52,156 bases of DNA from Bacteroidales bacterium (GTDB lineage Bacteria > Bacteroidota > Bacteroidia > Bacteroidales > NBLH01). This document shows positions 7,127 through 16,900 of this stretch, in pieces. The position numbers and the translations under genes are program-made. The notes beneath the pieces are model-generated. The model saw only the letters and a program-made list of their open reading frames with translations. It searched no databases and had not been told where the DNA came from. The DNA lies in NCBI GenBank assembly GCA_021647685.1, contig JAKIUH010000001.1, positions 1-52,156 on the forward strand. The letters run 5' to 3'. Positions within the stretch are counted from its first letter, which is position 1, and each line of letters opens with the position of its first letter.

Positions 7127-8239
7127 ATGAAAATATTTATATTTTTACTTCTATTTTCCACAATTTTAACGGCATGCAATACAGCCGATAATAATAACCG
7201 TAAAGATGAATATGCTGTAATTGCTTATTACCACTCGGCAGATACCCTAATTGACGAAACAGGTATTCAGGCTCAAAAACTTACTCACATAAATTATGCA
7301 TTTGCTAATATTCTAGATGGAAAAATTACAGAAGGCTCAAAATATGATTCGCTAAATTTTATAAAATTAAATACTTTAAAAACAAAAAATCCGGACTTAA
7401 AAATCTTAATTTCAGTTGGCGGCTGGGCTTGGTCGGGTAATTTTTCCGATATGGCTTTAACAGATAGCAGCCGTAGCATTTTCATTAAAAGCTGTATCAA
7501 ATTCATCAACAAATACCGGCTTGATGGAATTGATTTAGACTGGGAATATCCGGCATTACCGGGAAACAATAACAAACACCGACCCGAAGATAAAACAAAT
7601 TTTACGGCATTGCTAAAAGAATTAAGACAAGCTTTGGACAATAATACTGAAAAAAACAAGAAAAAGTATTTACTGACAATAGCAGCCGGCGCATTTCCTG
7701 ATTATGTAGCAAATGTTGAACTAAAAAAAATAATTCAATACCTTGATTTTATTAATTTAATGACCTATGATTTTACCGGTGGCTGGAATAAAGAAACAGC
7801 CCACCACACAAATTTGTATATACAAGATACAATTAATGATAAAATTTCTGTAAAGAAAGCTGTAGATTCTTATTTACTAAATGATGTACCTACAAACAAA
7901 ATAGTAATAGGTGCAGCTTTTTATGGTCGTGGGTGGACAGGGGTAAATCCCGATAACAATGGCTTATATCAACCTGCTAAAAGCGGTTTAGAGTTCTCTT
8001 ACAAAGATTTGGTTGAAAACTATATTAATAAAAACAACTATATTTCATATTTTGATACCACTGCACAAGCTCCCTATTTGTGGAATCTAATTGACAGTGT
8101 ATTTATAACTTATGAAAATCCGCAATCTATAAAAGCAAAATGCGATTATGTTAAAGAAAATCAACTTTTAGGAATTATGTTTTGGCAATATACCGGTGAT
8201 TATAAAAATGAATTATTAAATGCAATATCTTTAAATTAA
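7127..8239 (+). CDS. Glycoside hydrolase family 18 (chitinase-like) lipoprotein
   Basis: GH18 catalytic motif DGIDLDWEYP. Lipoprotein signal MKIFIFLLLFSTILTAC. The MFWQY motif lies near the C-terminus. Confidence 0.8.
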   Translation: MKIFIFLLLFSTILTACNTADNNNRKDEYAVIAYYHSADTLIDETGIQAQKLTHINYAFANILDGKITEGSKYDSLNFIKLNTLKTKNPDLKILISVGGWAWSGNFSDMALTDSSRSIFIKSCIKFINKYRLDGIDLDWEYPALPGNNNKHRPEDKTNFTALLKELRQALDNNTEKNKKKYLLTIAAGAFPDYVANVELKKIIQYLDFINLMTYDFTGGWNKETAHHTNLYIQDTINDKISVKKAVDSYLLNDVPTNKIVIGAAFYGRGWTGVNPDNNGLYQPAKSGLEFSYKDLVENYINKNNYISYFDTTAQAPYLWNLIDSVFITYENPQSIKAKCDYVKENQLLGIMFWQYTGDYKNELLNAISLN

Positions 8240-8329
8240 ATTGAACGATTACATTTTTATCAGAGCAATATCAAAGATAGTAAGCAGATTTAAAAATTGA
8301 AATTTCCGTCATTAATTTAACAGACACAT

Positions 8330-8406
8330 TTAATATTCAACACTCAATACTAAACAATTATTTTTTATGCGTAATTATTATTTATTGAGTGTTGCTTATT
8401 GAATAT
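8330..8406. other. Imperfect hairpin (12 bp + 6 bp stem, ~33-nt loop) in the long GH18/fiber intergenic region
   Basis: aatattcaacactcaata pairs with tattgagtgttg(ctta)ttgaatatt. No T-run follows. Confidence 0.4.
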
Positions 8407-8585
8407 TTGTTCTTGCCCTTTCATGAAGATAGTTGGTAGATTATTCTCCTTATAATAAATTAGGTTATTATTACAATTAAGTCTTTTCTTCTTTATCCGG
8501 CTCGTTATTTACATCTACAAGCTGTACTTATCATAACTTGCGAATGCTAAATTAATAGTTTGCAGATTTAAGCGATTACTTCAAC

Positions 8586-8614
8586 TTATCAAGTAATTAT
8601 CAATACCTTATCAA
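8586..8614 (+). promoter_or_regulatory. Three TTATCAA direct repeats phased at exactly 11 bp
   Basis: TTATCAA occurs at 8586, 8597 and 8608. Related TAATCAA motifs occur at about 8629 and 8759. The array sits about 180 nt upstream of the fiber gene. Confidence 0.3.
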
Positions 8615-8791
8615 TTAGATTAGATATTTAATCAATAAAGACACCTTTGATGTTTAGATAATCCTTAATTTGCATCAAAAAAGAACAGAGAACAGCTAAA
8701 ACCTAAACCTAAATAATTGATTATTAAATAATTTATCATAATTAAAAAAGCAGCAAACTAATCAATCTATTAATTTAAAGAAAGTTAAGTT

Positions 8792-10651
8792 ATGAGAACA
8801 ACAAAGAGTTTTTTAATGTTTATTTTTATTTTTGTTTTTGCGGCAAATATTTTTGCACAAAAAGAAAAATCAACAAAGTCAGATCCAAACGTTCCAATTT
8901 TTGAAATTAAAAACGATTTAGGTCAAACAGTTTTTGCAGTCTATCCGGGCGGAGTAAAAATTTTTGTAGATAGTAAATTAAAAGCAGCCGGCGGCGGTTT
9001 TACCGTTGGAAGTTTAAGTACCGGTAAAGCGGCAGGCGGTGATATTTTATCTGTTAGTCCCGGAAATGTTAATATCTATATTGACACTTCATCAACTTTA
9101 AAAGCAGCCGGTGGCGGTTTTACTGTTGGAAGTTTAAGCACTGGTAAAAAAGCATTGGGCATTGCAGAGAACTATCTTACTGTGAGTCCTGATAGTACCA
9201 GAGTATATATTGATGAAAAAAGTACAGCTGGCTTTGCTGTTGGTAGGATTGGTACAACAGTTGGGATTCAAAACTTTATGCACTTAAAAAAAGATAATTA
9301 TTTCATCGGGCAAAAAAGTGGCGAAAAAACAACAGGTTTGTACAATCTTTTTTTAGGCTATGAAAGTGGATTTTCTAATACAAATGGAACAAGTAATACT
9401 TTTTTAGGATTTCAGACCGGTTACTCAAATACTTCCGGTAGCCGAAATATTTTTATAGGAGATAATTGCGGCTATTCAAATACATCAGGTAACTTTAATA
9501 CATTTGTAGGAACCAATGCCGGAGTTAAGAATACCACGGGTAGTTTCAGTACTTTTTTAGGTTATCAAGCAGGACGAGAAGTGCAAACCATTGGTTATAA
9601 CACTTGTATCGGATACAATAGTGGTGCAGGAGGTGCAAGCGGTAATAACCGTGCATTTTTAGGATACAGTTCAGGAGCAAGCAGCACAGGTGATGATAAT
9701 ACCTATTTAGGAGCCGAAGCCGGGTATTATAGTGCTGCCGGTGCAGGCAATGTTTATATTGGTACAGGTGCCGGTAGAGTAGGAACAGGAGATAATAACA
9801 TATTTATTGGAAAGTTTTCAGGATATAGTGCTCCCGGCTCAAATAATATTTTAATAGGACCCGGTGCAGGGTGGAGTCTGCAAAGGTCTAATATATTAAT
9901 TATTGATAATTCATCTGATACAATTAATCCTCTTATTATAGGCGATTTTGTTAACCAAAAATTAAGGTTTGGTGCTGATGTTAGTGTTGCTCAAAATTTA
10001 GGAATAAATAGGGAAGCATATACAAATGCATCATTAGGTGTTGATGGGGCCAATAATGGTTGGGGTGTATATTCTACAAAAGGAACTTCAACCGGCTATA
10101 ACTTTTTTGAAGGTAATCTTGCTATTGGAACAACAAGCAATGTGAGTTCTTATGAGCTTTCTGTTGAAGGAGATGGATATTTTTCTGGTAATCTCAATGT
10201 TACGGGTAATGTTAATGCTGCAAACTTTCCTGCACCATCGGATATTCGCTTCAAAAAAAACATCATAACAATCAATGGTGCTTTAAATAAAATACTTAGT
10301 ATCAGAGGAGTTTATTACGATTGGAAAGTTGATGAATTCAAAAACAGAGGCTTTACAAAAGACAAGCAAATTGGAGTTATTGCCCAAGAAGTAGAAAAAG
10401 TTTTACCGGAATTGGTTAAAACTGATGATGACGGATATAAAGCAGTTACTTATGATAAACTTACCGCTGTATTAATCGAAGCCGTAAAAGAACAACAAAA
10501 GCAAATTGAAGCCTTAAAATTAGAAAATCAGAAACTTACTCAAAAAACATCTGAGATTGATGAATTAAGAGCGGAACTTACCGAGCTCAAAAAATTAGTT
10601 CGTGACATTGCCGGACAGAATTTACAGGATAAAACAGAATCGGCTCAATAA
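8792..10651 (+). CDS. Secreted fiber-like protein: conserved N-module, beta-roll type repeats, peptidase-S74 intramolecular chaperone (tail-fiber) domain, C-terminal coiled coil
   Basis: Signal peptide present. The LKAAGGGFTVGSLSTGK motif is duplicated. There are many ~14-residue repeats (G-x-x-[AS]-G-x-x-N-T-x-G-x-x-N-x-F-[ILV]). The C-terminal region SDIRFKKNI...GVYYDWK...IGVIAQEVEKVLPELV...YDKLTAVLIEAVKEQQKQIE matches the endosialidase-chaperone type domain. Confidence 0.75.
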   Translation: MRTTKSFLMFIFIFVFAANIFAQKEKSTKSDPNVPIFEIKNDLGQTVFAVYPGGVKIFVDSKLKAAGGGFTVGSLSTGKAAGGDILSVSPGNVNIYIDTSSTLKAAGGGFTVGSLSTGKKALGIAENYLTVSPDSTRVYIDEKSTAGFAVGRIGTTVGIQNFMHLKKDNYFIGQKSGEKTTGLYNLFLGYESGFSNTNGTSNTFLGFQTGYSNTSGSRNIFIGDNCGYSNTSGNFNTFVGTNAGVKNTTGSFSTFLGYQAGREVQTIGYNTCIGYNSGAGGASGNNRAFLGYSSGASSTGDDNTYLGAEAGYYSAAGAGNVYIGTGAGRVGTGDNNIFIGKFSGYSAPGSNNILIGPGAGWSLQRSNILIIDNSSDTINPLIIGDFVNQKLRFGADVSVAQNLGINREAYTNASLGVDGANNGWGVYSTKGTSTGYNFFEGNLAIGTTSNVSSYELSVEGDGYFSGNLNVTGNVNAANFPAPSDIRFKKNIITINGALNKILSIRGVYYDWKVDEFKNRGFTKDKQIGVIAQEVEKVLPELVKTDDDGYKAVTYDKLTAVLIEAVKEQQKQIEALKLENQKLTQKTSEIDELRAELTELKKLVRDIAGQNLQDKTESAQ

Positions 10652-10678
10652 ATTTTATAATAACAAACTTTTATTATC

Positions 10679-11752
10679 ATGATAAAGCGATTATTCAAAT
10701 ACAGTTTATTATTGCAGGGCATACTTTTTTTATGTCCTACAATAAATGCTCAGCAAGTTATTGTTTCGGATGCTGCCGAATTTAATCTTGCCGTAGCAGG
10801 AACAGTGGATATTAATGCAGATTTGATTAATAATTCACCTAATGCGCTGCTCTTAGGAACATTTGCCTTTTCAGGAAATACCGAACATGAAATTGGTGGT
10901 ACGGCACCTATTGAATTTAACAATCTTTCAATTAATAATTCGGCAGGAATTCGTTTGTCCACCGATATTATGGTAACAGGAAATCTTGATTTAATTGCCG
11001 GTACCGTTAATTTATTAAACAGTAATGTTACTATTGGAAGTAATGCAAGCCTTTCCGGTAGTTTTTCGCCAAATGTAATGCTTATTGCTGATGGTTCAGG
11101 ACAACTTAAAAGAGAAATTGCCGGCTCGGGAACCTACTTATTTCCTGTTGGCGATACTTCTAATCTTACAGATTACTCTCCGGTTAGCCTAACCTTTAGC
11201 TCAGGAACATTTACCAATGCAGTAGTGGGGGTGAATTTAAAAAATGAAAAACATCCGGAAAACACAAGTGTTAATGATTATTTAAATAAATATTGGACCC
11301 TTAGCGGAAGCGGACTCTCCGATTTTTCTTGTACCGCAACTTTTACTTATAGTAATGAAGACATAGTTGGCTCAGAATCAAATCTTTGGGGAGCAAAATG
11401 GGACGGTAACCAATGGACTGTCCTCAATCAGGCTGCTATGAATACATTTAGCGGTACTATTAATAGTTTTTCAGACTTTACGGCTGGTGAAAAAAAAGTC
11501 CTATCTGTTGAAGATGAACTTTTGCCGGATGATGTAAAAATTACAGTTGAAGGAAACAATATTATTATACGCTCAGATGCTGTTAAATTAGAAAGGGCAG
11601 AGATTTATAATTTATCAGGACAATTAATTTATAGTAAAGATTTATCACAGAATACGGTCAATGAATTAAATTTCAATGCCCGCCCTAATTATTATATTGT
11701 TAAAGTATATTCCGACAAACAAACAATTAGTAAAAAAATCTTTAAAAACTAA
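10679..11752 (+). CDS. Secreted hypothetical protein with T9SS C-terminal sorting domain
   Basis: Signal peptide ..CPTINAQ. The C-terminal ~80 aa (..AEIYNLSGQLIYSKDL...YYIVKVYSDKQTISKKIFKN) fits the Por_Secre_tail pattern. Confidence 0.7.
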   Translation: MIKRLFKYSLLLQGILFLCPTINAQQVIVSDAAEFNLAVAGTVDINADLINNSPNALLLGTFAFSGNTEHEIGGTAPIEFNNLSINNSAGIRLSTDIMVTGNLDLIAGTVNLLNSNVTIGSNASLSGSFSPNVMLIADGSGQLKREIAGSGTYLFPVGDTSNLTDYSPVSLTFSSGTFTNAVVGVNLKNEKHPENTSVNDYLNKYWTLSGSGLSDFSCTATFTYSNEDIVGSESNLWGAKWDGNQWTVLNQAAMNTFSGTINSFSDFTAGEKKVLSVEDELLPDDVKITVEGNNIIIRSDAVKLERAEIYNLSGQLIYSKDLSQNTVNELNFNARPNYYIVKVYSDKQTISKKIFKN

Positions 11753-11756
11753 TGTC

Positions 11757-13589
11757 ATGAAAGCAACACTACACTTTATTTTTGTGCTTCTTTTTTTAAG
11801 TAGCACATTCATTGCTTATTCGCAGAATAAGGAAGACGCAGAAAGTTTAAAATCCGATCCCAACACGCCAATTTTTGAAATTAAGAATGATGCGGGACAA
11901 ACCGTATTTGCAGTTTATCCGGGAGGTGTAAAAATTTTTATTGATAGCAAATTAAAAGCTGCCGGCGGAGGTTTTACCGTGGGTAGTCTCAGCACCGGAA
12001 AAGCAGTAGGTGGTGATATTTTTTCGGTTAGTCCGGGAAATGTAAATGTTTATATTGATAATACTTTAAAAGCTGCAGGTGGAGGATTTACTGTTGGCTC
12101 ACTCAGCACCGGAAAAGCTGCCGGCGATACCATTAATTTTTTGGAAGTAACTCCGGATAGCACCAGAGTTTACATAAATGAGAATAGTAATGCAGGATTT
12201 GCGGTAGGTAAGCTGGGTGCTACCATCGGCAGGCAAAATTTTATGTATCTAAGAAAAGATAATTATTTTATTGGACATAATATTGGAAGTAAAACTACTG
12301 GTATTCGTAATGTTTTAATTGGATATGAAGCCGGTTCTAATAATACAATATGCTCTGATAATATTTTCTTAGGCTACCAAACCGGATATTTTAATACATA
12401 TGGCGAAAACAATATTTTTATTGGAACTAGAGCAGGGTACAATAATTCATCACAAGCAGAGAGCAACAACTTTGAAGCAGACAATAATGTTTTTATCGGT
12501 AATTTAAGTGGATATAATAATGTATTGGGTTTCCAAAATGTTGCTATTGGGGCTGAAAGTGGATATAATAACAATACCAATTATAATGTATATATTGGAT
12601 ACCAAGCCGGTAGAGCAAATGTTTCAGGAATTCAACAGGTTTTTATCGGAGAAACAGCCGGTCTTAAAACAACAGGCAGAATGAATACTTTTATAGGAAG
12701 TAGTGCTGGAAAAAATACTGTTTCAGGCACTGATAATTGCTTTATGGGAACATTAACAGGATGGGCTAGCAGAGAAAACAGCAGTCAAAATACTTTAATT
12801 GGCTCTCAATCAGATTGGAGAAATGGTACCACAGGAAATTACAATACTTTTTTAGGCTTTAAAGCAGGTGCGACTGACAACTGGAGTTCTAATGAAAATA
12901 TTGGTCAATACAATGTTTTATTAGGATATAAAGCAGGTGCCCGCAATGGAAATGACCTTGGAAATAATAATATTTTAATAGGTTATAATGCGGGGTATAA
13001 TATAACAGGAAGTAATAAATTATACATAAACTCAGGTAGTGGTATCCCACTAATCTATGGCGAGTTTGATAATAAACGTATAGCCATTAATACAACAAAT
13101 ACAAACAGTTACACTTTTTATGTAAACGGCTCTGCCGGAGGAACAGGTAATTGGAATGCCAGTAGTGATCGAAGATTAAAAACAAATATTACGTCTATTC
13201 CCGACCCTTTAAATAAAGTAAAAGCTCTTAATGGTGTTAATTTTTATTGGAAAGATAAAAAAACAAGAGGAAATAAAGCTCAAATTGGATTTATTGCTCA
13301 GGATGTAGAAAAAATACTTCCCGAAGTTGTAAACAAAAACGGAAAATACTACTCCATGCAATATGCGCCTATTACAGCACTACTTGTTGAAGCCATAAAA
13401 GAACAGCAAAAACAAATTGAAAAGCTTACAAATAAACTGGCTGAACTTGAAAACCAAAATAAAGACTTAAAAGTCCAAGTTTCTGACATACAAGATTTAA
13501 AATCAGAGGTAGAGGTTTTAAAAAATATGCTCAAACAAATACTGCCGGAAAACGAACAATTAAAGAACAAAGCAGAAACTGCGAGGTAG
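11757..13589 (+). CDS. Paralog of the 8792-10651 fiber-like protein (S74 chaperone domain, coiled coil)
   Basis: I place the start at ATG 11757 (MKATLHFIFVLLFLSSTFIAYSQ signal peptide). The tracked 11676 start overlaps the upstream gene. The N-module is nearly identical at protein level to the paralog. C-terminal region: SDRRLKTNI...GVNFYWK...IGFIAQDVEKILPEVV...LLVEAIKEQQKQIE. Confidence 0.75.
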   Translation: MKATLHFIFVLLFLSSTFIAYSQNKEDAESLKSDPNTPIFEIKNDAGQTVFAVYPGGVKIFIDSKLKAAGGGFTVGSLSTGKAVGGDIFSVSPGNVNVYIDNTLKAAGGGFTVGSLSTGKAAGDTINFLEVTPDSTRVYINENSNAGFAVGKLGATIGRQNFMYLRKDNYFIGHNIGSKTTGIRNVLIGYEAGSNNTICSDNIFLGYQTGYFNTYGENNIFIGTRAGYNNSSQAESNNFEADNNVFIGNLSGYNNVLGFQNVAIGAESGYNNNTNYNVYIGYQAGRANVSGIQQVFIGETAGLKTTGRMNTFIGSSAGKNTVSGTDNCFMGTLTGWASRENSSQNTLIGSQSDWRNGTTGNYNTFLGFKAGATDNWSSNENIGQYNVLLGYKAGARNGNDLGNNNILIGYNAGYNITGSNKLYINSGSGIPLIYGEFDNKRIAINTTNTNSYTFYVNGSAGGTGNWNASSDRRLKTNITSIPDPLNKVKALNGVNFYWKDKKTRGNKAQIGFIAQDVEKILPEVVNKNGKYYSMQYAPITALLVEAIKEQQKQIEKLTNKLAELENQNKDLKVQVSDIQDLKSEVEVLKNMLKQILPENEQLKNKAETAR

Positions 13590-13756
13590 TGTCTGTCCAT
13601 AAAGTTAAAAGATTTATAAAGTTCGAGTTCAAGACCTAAAAAAATGCAAGCCACAGTATACTAATGTGCTCGAAGATTTGCATCTTGTGCAACAACGCAG
13701 AAATCGGACTGTAGAGACAAACCCTAAGTAGATATTGTACTCAATCAGTAATTTTA

Positions 13757-13791
13757 AAGTCGTTAAGTTTTTTTAAACTTAGCGACTTTTT
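13757..13791 (+). terminator. Rho-independent terminator
   Basis: 14-bp stem (aagtcgttaagttt / aaacttagcgactt, one G-U pair), tttt loop, T-run after. Confidence 0.65.
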
Positions 13792-13952
13792 CCATAAAAA
13801 TAAATGCTTTTCCCAACAATAAATCAGATTGAAATATCAAAAAACACTATTTTTTTATCAAAAAAGGATTATTCTTAAAACTTATTCCATTATCTTTATG
13901 GATTAAAATAAATAGCATACTTTTTGTAGCTATTATATAACAAAAAATTATA

Positions 13953-16900
13953 ATGATGAACAAATTTTATCTGTTCTTTACACTATTTTTATTTCCGCTT
14001 TTTATTAAATCACAAATTAATAAAGACGGCTTACCCTTAGTTCAGATATATACAACTGACCAATATGAGGCACATGGCGAAAACTGGGCAATTGTTAGAG
14101 ATAATAAAGGCATTATGTATTTTGCCAATAATTACGGATTGTTACAATATAACGGTACTAATTGGAAACTATTTGAAAATCCATACAGTCCGTATATACG
14201 TTCATTAGAAGTTGATGATAAAGGAAGAGTATATTATGGTGCAGCAAATGATTTTGGAATGATTTTACCTGACTCTATAGGAAACTTAAAATATTTTTCA
14301 ATTTCAAAAGCATCAGCAGTAGATACACTTGGCTTCAATAATGTTTGGAATGTAAATATTGTTGGAAATTATATTTACTTTCAGGCATACGAAAATATTT
14401 TTAAATATAAACTACCCATTAATATTAAATCGCCGGACGAGATTAAAAAAAACATGAAAATATTTACGCCTAAAAGTTATTTTCATTGGTCTTTTAAGGT
14501 AAATAATAATTTTTATGTTCGCGAAGCTGATAAAGGCTTGTATATCGATAAAAATGACAGCTTAGTTTTTATCAAAGGAAGTGAGCTTTTTGCAAATCAA
14601 AAAATTTACGTAATGCTTCCTTATAAAGACGATGCATTACTTATAGTAACCCGCGAAACCGGTATTTATATATATGAGCCGGGAAATAAAGAAACACCTT
14701 TTAACTTAATGGATTGGGATGTTAATGAAACATTGATTAACAGCTATATATACGGAGGAGTTTCCATAGCAAAAAATTTATATGCAATTTATACATTAGC
14801 AAATGGTATCATTATTTTTAATGACCAAGGAGATATTATCAATCATTATACTCAAAATAATTGTTTACCACACGCTACAATACTTTCAATAAATTATGAT
14901 GATAAGGAAGGTTTATTGTGGTTTACAAGTAATAAAGAAATTGGAAATATTAATCTTGCCAGCCCCATCAGACAATGGTTACCATCAACAGGACTACAAG
15001 GAATTGTTTATGATGTAATTCGTTTTAATAATTACTTCTATGCAGCAACTAATAATGGTATTTATTTTTATGATGTAAATAATGAAGGCTACGCAGCCTT
15101 TAAAAAAATACAGGGTCTAGATATTCGTGTTCGGGATTTAGAAATATTTCACGGTGAAAGTTCCGATAAACTGTTAGCGGCAGCAGAAGGTGCTGTTTTT
15201 GAAATTACCGGCGAACAAGCAAAAATGATTGATAATTCAGGAATTGTTCAAAAATTAAAACAATCTCAAATAAATCCCAATTTGGTTTATATAGGCTATC
15301 TTAATGGATTTGCTTATGCTGAATATGATACTGAAAACTGGACACTTAAAGAAAAAAACCCTTATATAAAAAATTCGATAATTGATATCTACGAAGATAA
15401 TCAATCTGAAATATATTTGGGTAGTGAAGTTGGGGGTATTATTAAATTAAAAAACCCATTAGATTCTATAATTATTATTGACTCAGCCAGAGGTTTACCC
15501 ATAGAAGGTTCACAATTTAAAATTTTTAATGTAAATAATGATTTAATTGTTGCCGCCTATAAAGGTTTGTTTAAAATTAATAAAGAAACAAATTATGCCG
15601 AGCCTTACAAAAAATTAGGTACTGAATTTACAATGGGAAATTATGGCATATTTAATATTAGTGAAGACAACGAAGCTATCTGGTTAGGAGCATATTCTAA
15701 TGATTTAAGCCAAAGTAAATGGCAAGGAATTATTAAATTAAAAAAAAACGATTCAGAGAAGTTTATAAAAGAGCAAAATCCATATAATATTCTTCCTCCA
15801 AAAGTTCCGTATGTATTATTTACAGAAAAAAATTATTTATGGGTAGCTAATGCAAAAGGTTTTTTTAAACTCAATAAGAAAAAAGAAAAAAATTACTCAT
15901 TAAAATTTTATACCGTTATAAGTAAAGTTACCACCGGCGCAAACGATTCTTTGTTGTTTGCAGGTAATTATACCGGAGATAGTGTTTTTTACATACAATC
16001 AGAACAAGAAGTTCCTGTTTTAGCATTTAAACATAATCAAATGACCTTTGAATATGCTGCCGGATTTTATGAACAAGAAGAAAAAACTCAATACAGTTAC
16101 CGTTTACTTGGATTTAACAATCAATGGTCAAAATGGACCACCGAGCATAAGTTTACCTACACAAATATACATGAAGGCGATTACACATTTCAAGTTAGAG
16201 CAAAAAATATTTACCAAACAGAAAGCGAAATTGCAAATTATAAGTTTACAATTTTACCTCCATGGTACAGAACCCCATGGGCTTATATATCATATGCAGT
16301 AAGTGCATTTTTACTTATATGGCTAATTGTAAAATACAATACCAAACGTTTAAAAGAAGAAAAAATACGTTTGGAACTTCTGGTTGCTGAACGTACACGT
16401 GAAATTAAAGCACAACATGATAAAATTGCAGAATTGCATAAAAATATTATGGACAGCATTTTTTATGCACGTCGCATTCAAGAAGCACTTATGCCACCCA
16501 AAGAATTTTTGCACGAATTATTGCCCGAGCATTTTGTGTTATTCAAGCCGCGCGATATTGTAAGCGGTGATTTTTATTGGGCAACAAAACACGATGGTAA
16601 AGCCATATTAGTAGCAGCAGACTGTACAGGACATGGTGTTCCCGGTGCTTTTATGAGTATGTTGGGCATATCTTTTTTAAATGAAATTGTAAATAAAATC
16701 GAGGATCTGGAAGCTCATAAAATATCAAATGAATTACGTGCAAACGTAAAAAAATCATTACGCCAAACGGGTAAAGAAAATGAAGCTAAAGATGGAATGG
16801 ATATAGCACTTTGTATTATTGACTATGAAAATATGCAAATGGAATATTCAGGTGCTTTTAATTCCTTATACCTAATTCGCAAGGGAGAGCTTATAAAATA

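Noticed and set aside
8978-9150. Repeated DNA blocks (aaagcagccggcggcggttttaccgttggaagtttaag.., also around 11950-12110) considered as a non-coding tandem repeat or CRISPR-like array.
   Set aside because: They are in frame inside the fiber CDSs and encode the duplicated LKAAGGGFTVGSLSTGK peptide motif. There is no spacer/repeat periodicity.
11676-11756. Upstream extensions offered by the ORF track for several genes: 11676, 19210, 25505, 29639, 44955, 48101, 50098, 50149.
   Set aside because: Most of the extensions start at non-ATG codons. They either overlap the preceding gene or add residues in front of an obvious signal peptide, lipobox or family N-terminus. The internal ATGs (11757, 19237, 25541, 29642, 44871, 48179, 50062, 50167) give canonical N-termini.
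8792-13589. The tail-fiber-domain genes as a prophage remnant.
   Set aside because: No capsid, portal, terminase, baseplate, lysis or integrase genes lie nearby. Both proteins have Sec signal peptides, and the neighbour has a T9SS sorting domain. This fits cellular surface proteins that reuse the S74 chaperone fold.
8792-13589. Diversity-generating retroelement or recent gene conversion between the two fiber paralogs.
   Set aside because: No reverse transcriptase or template repeat is present in the window. The conserved N-modules differ at many synonymous sites, which argues against recent conversion. The variable region differs in length and sequence generally, not specifically at adenine-templated positions.
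13620-13740. A slightly GC-richer stretch after the second fiber gene, considered as a small RNA gene.
   Set aside because: I could not fold a convincing structure or match any known RNA family (SRP, 6S, RNase P, tmRNA motifs are absent). Only the downstream terminator at 13757-13791 is supportable.
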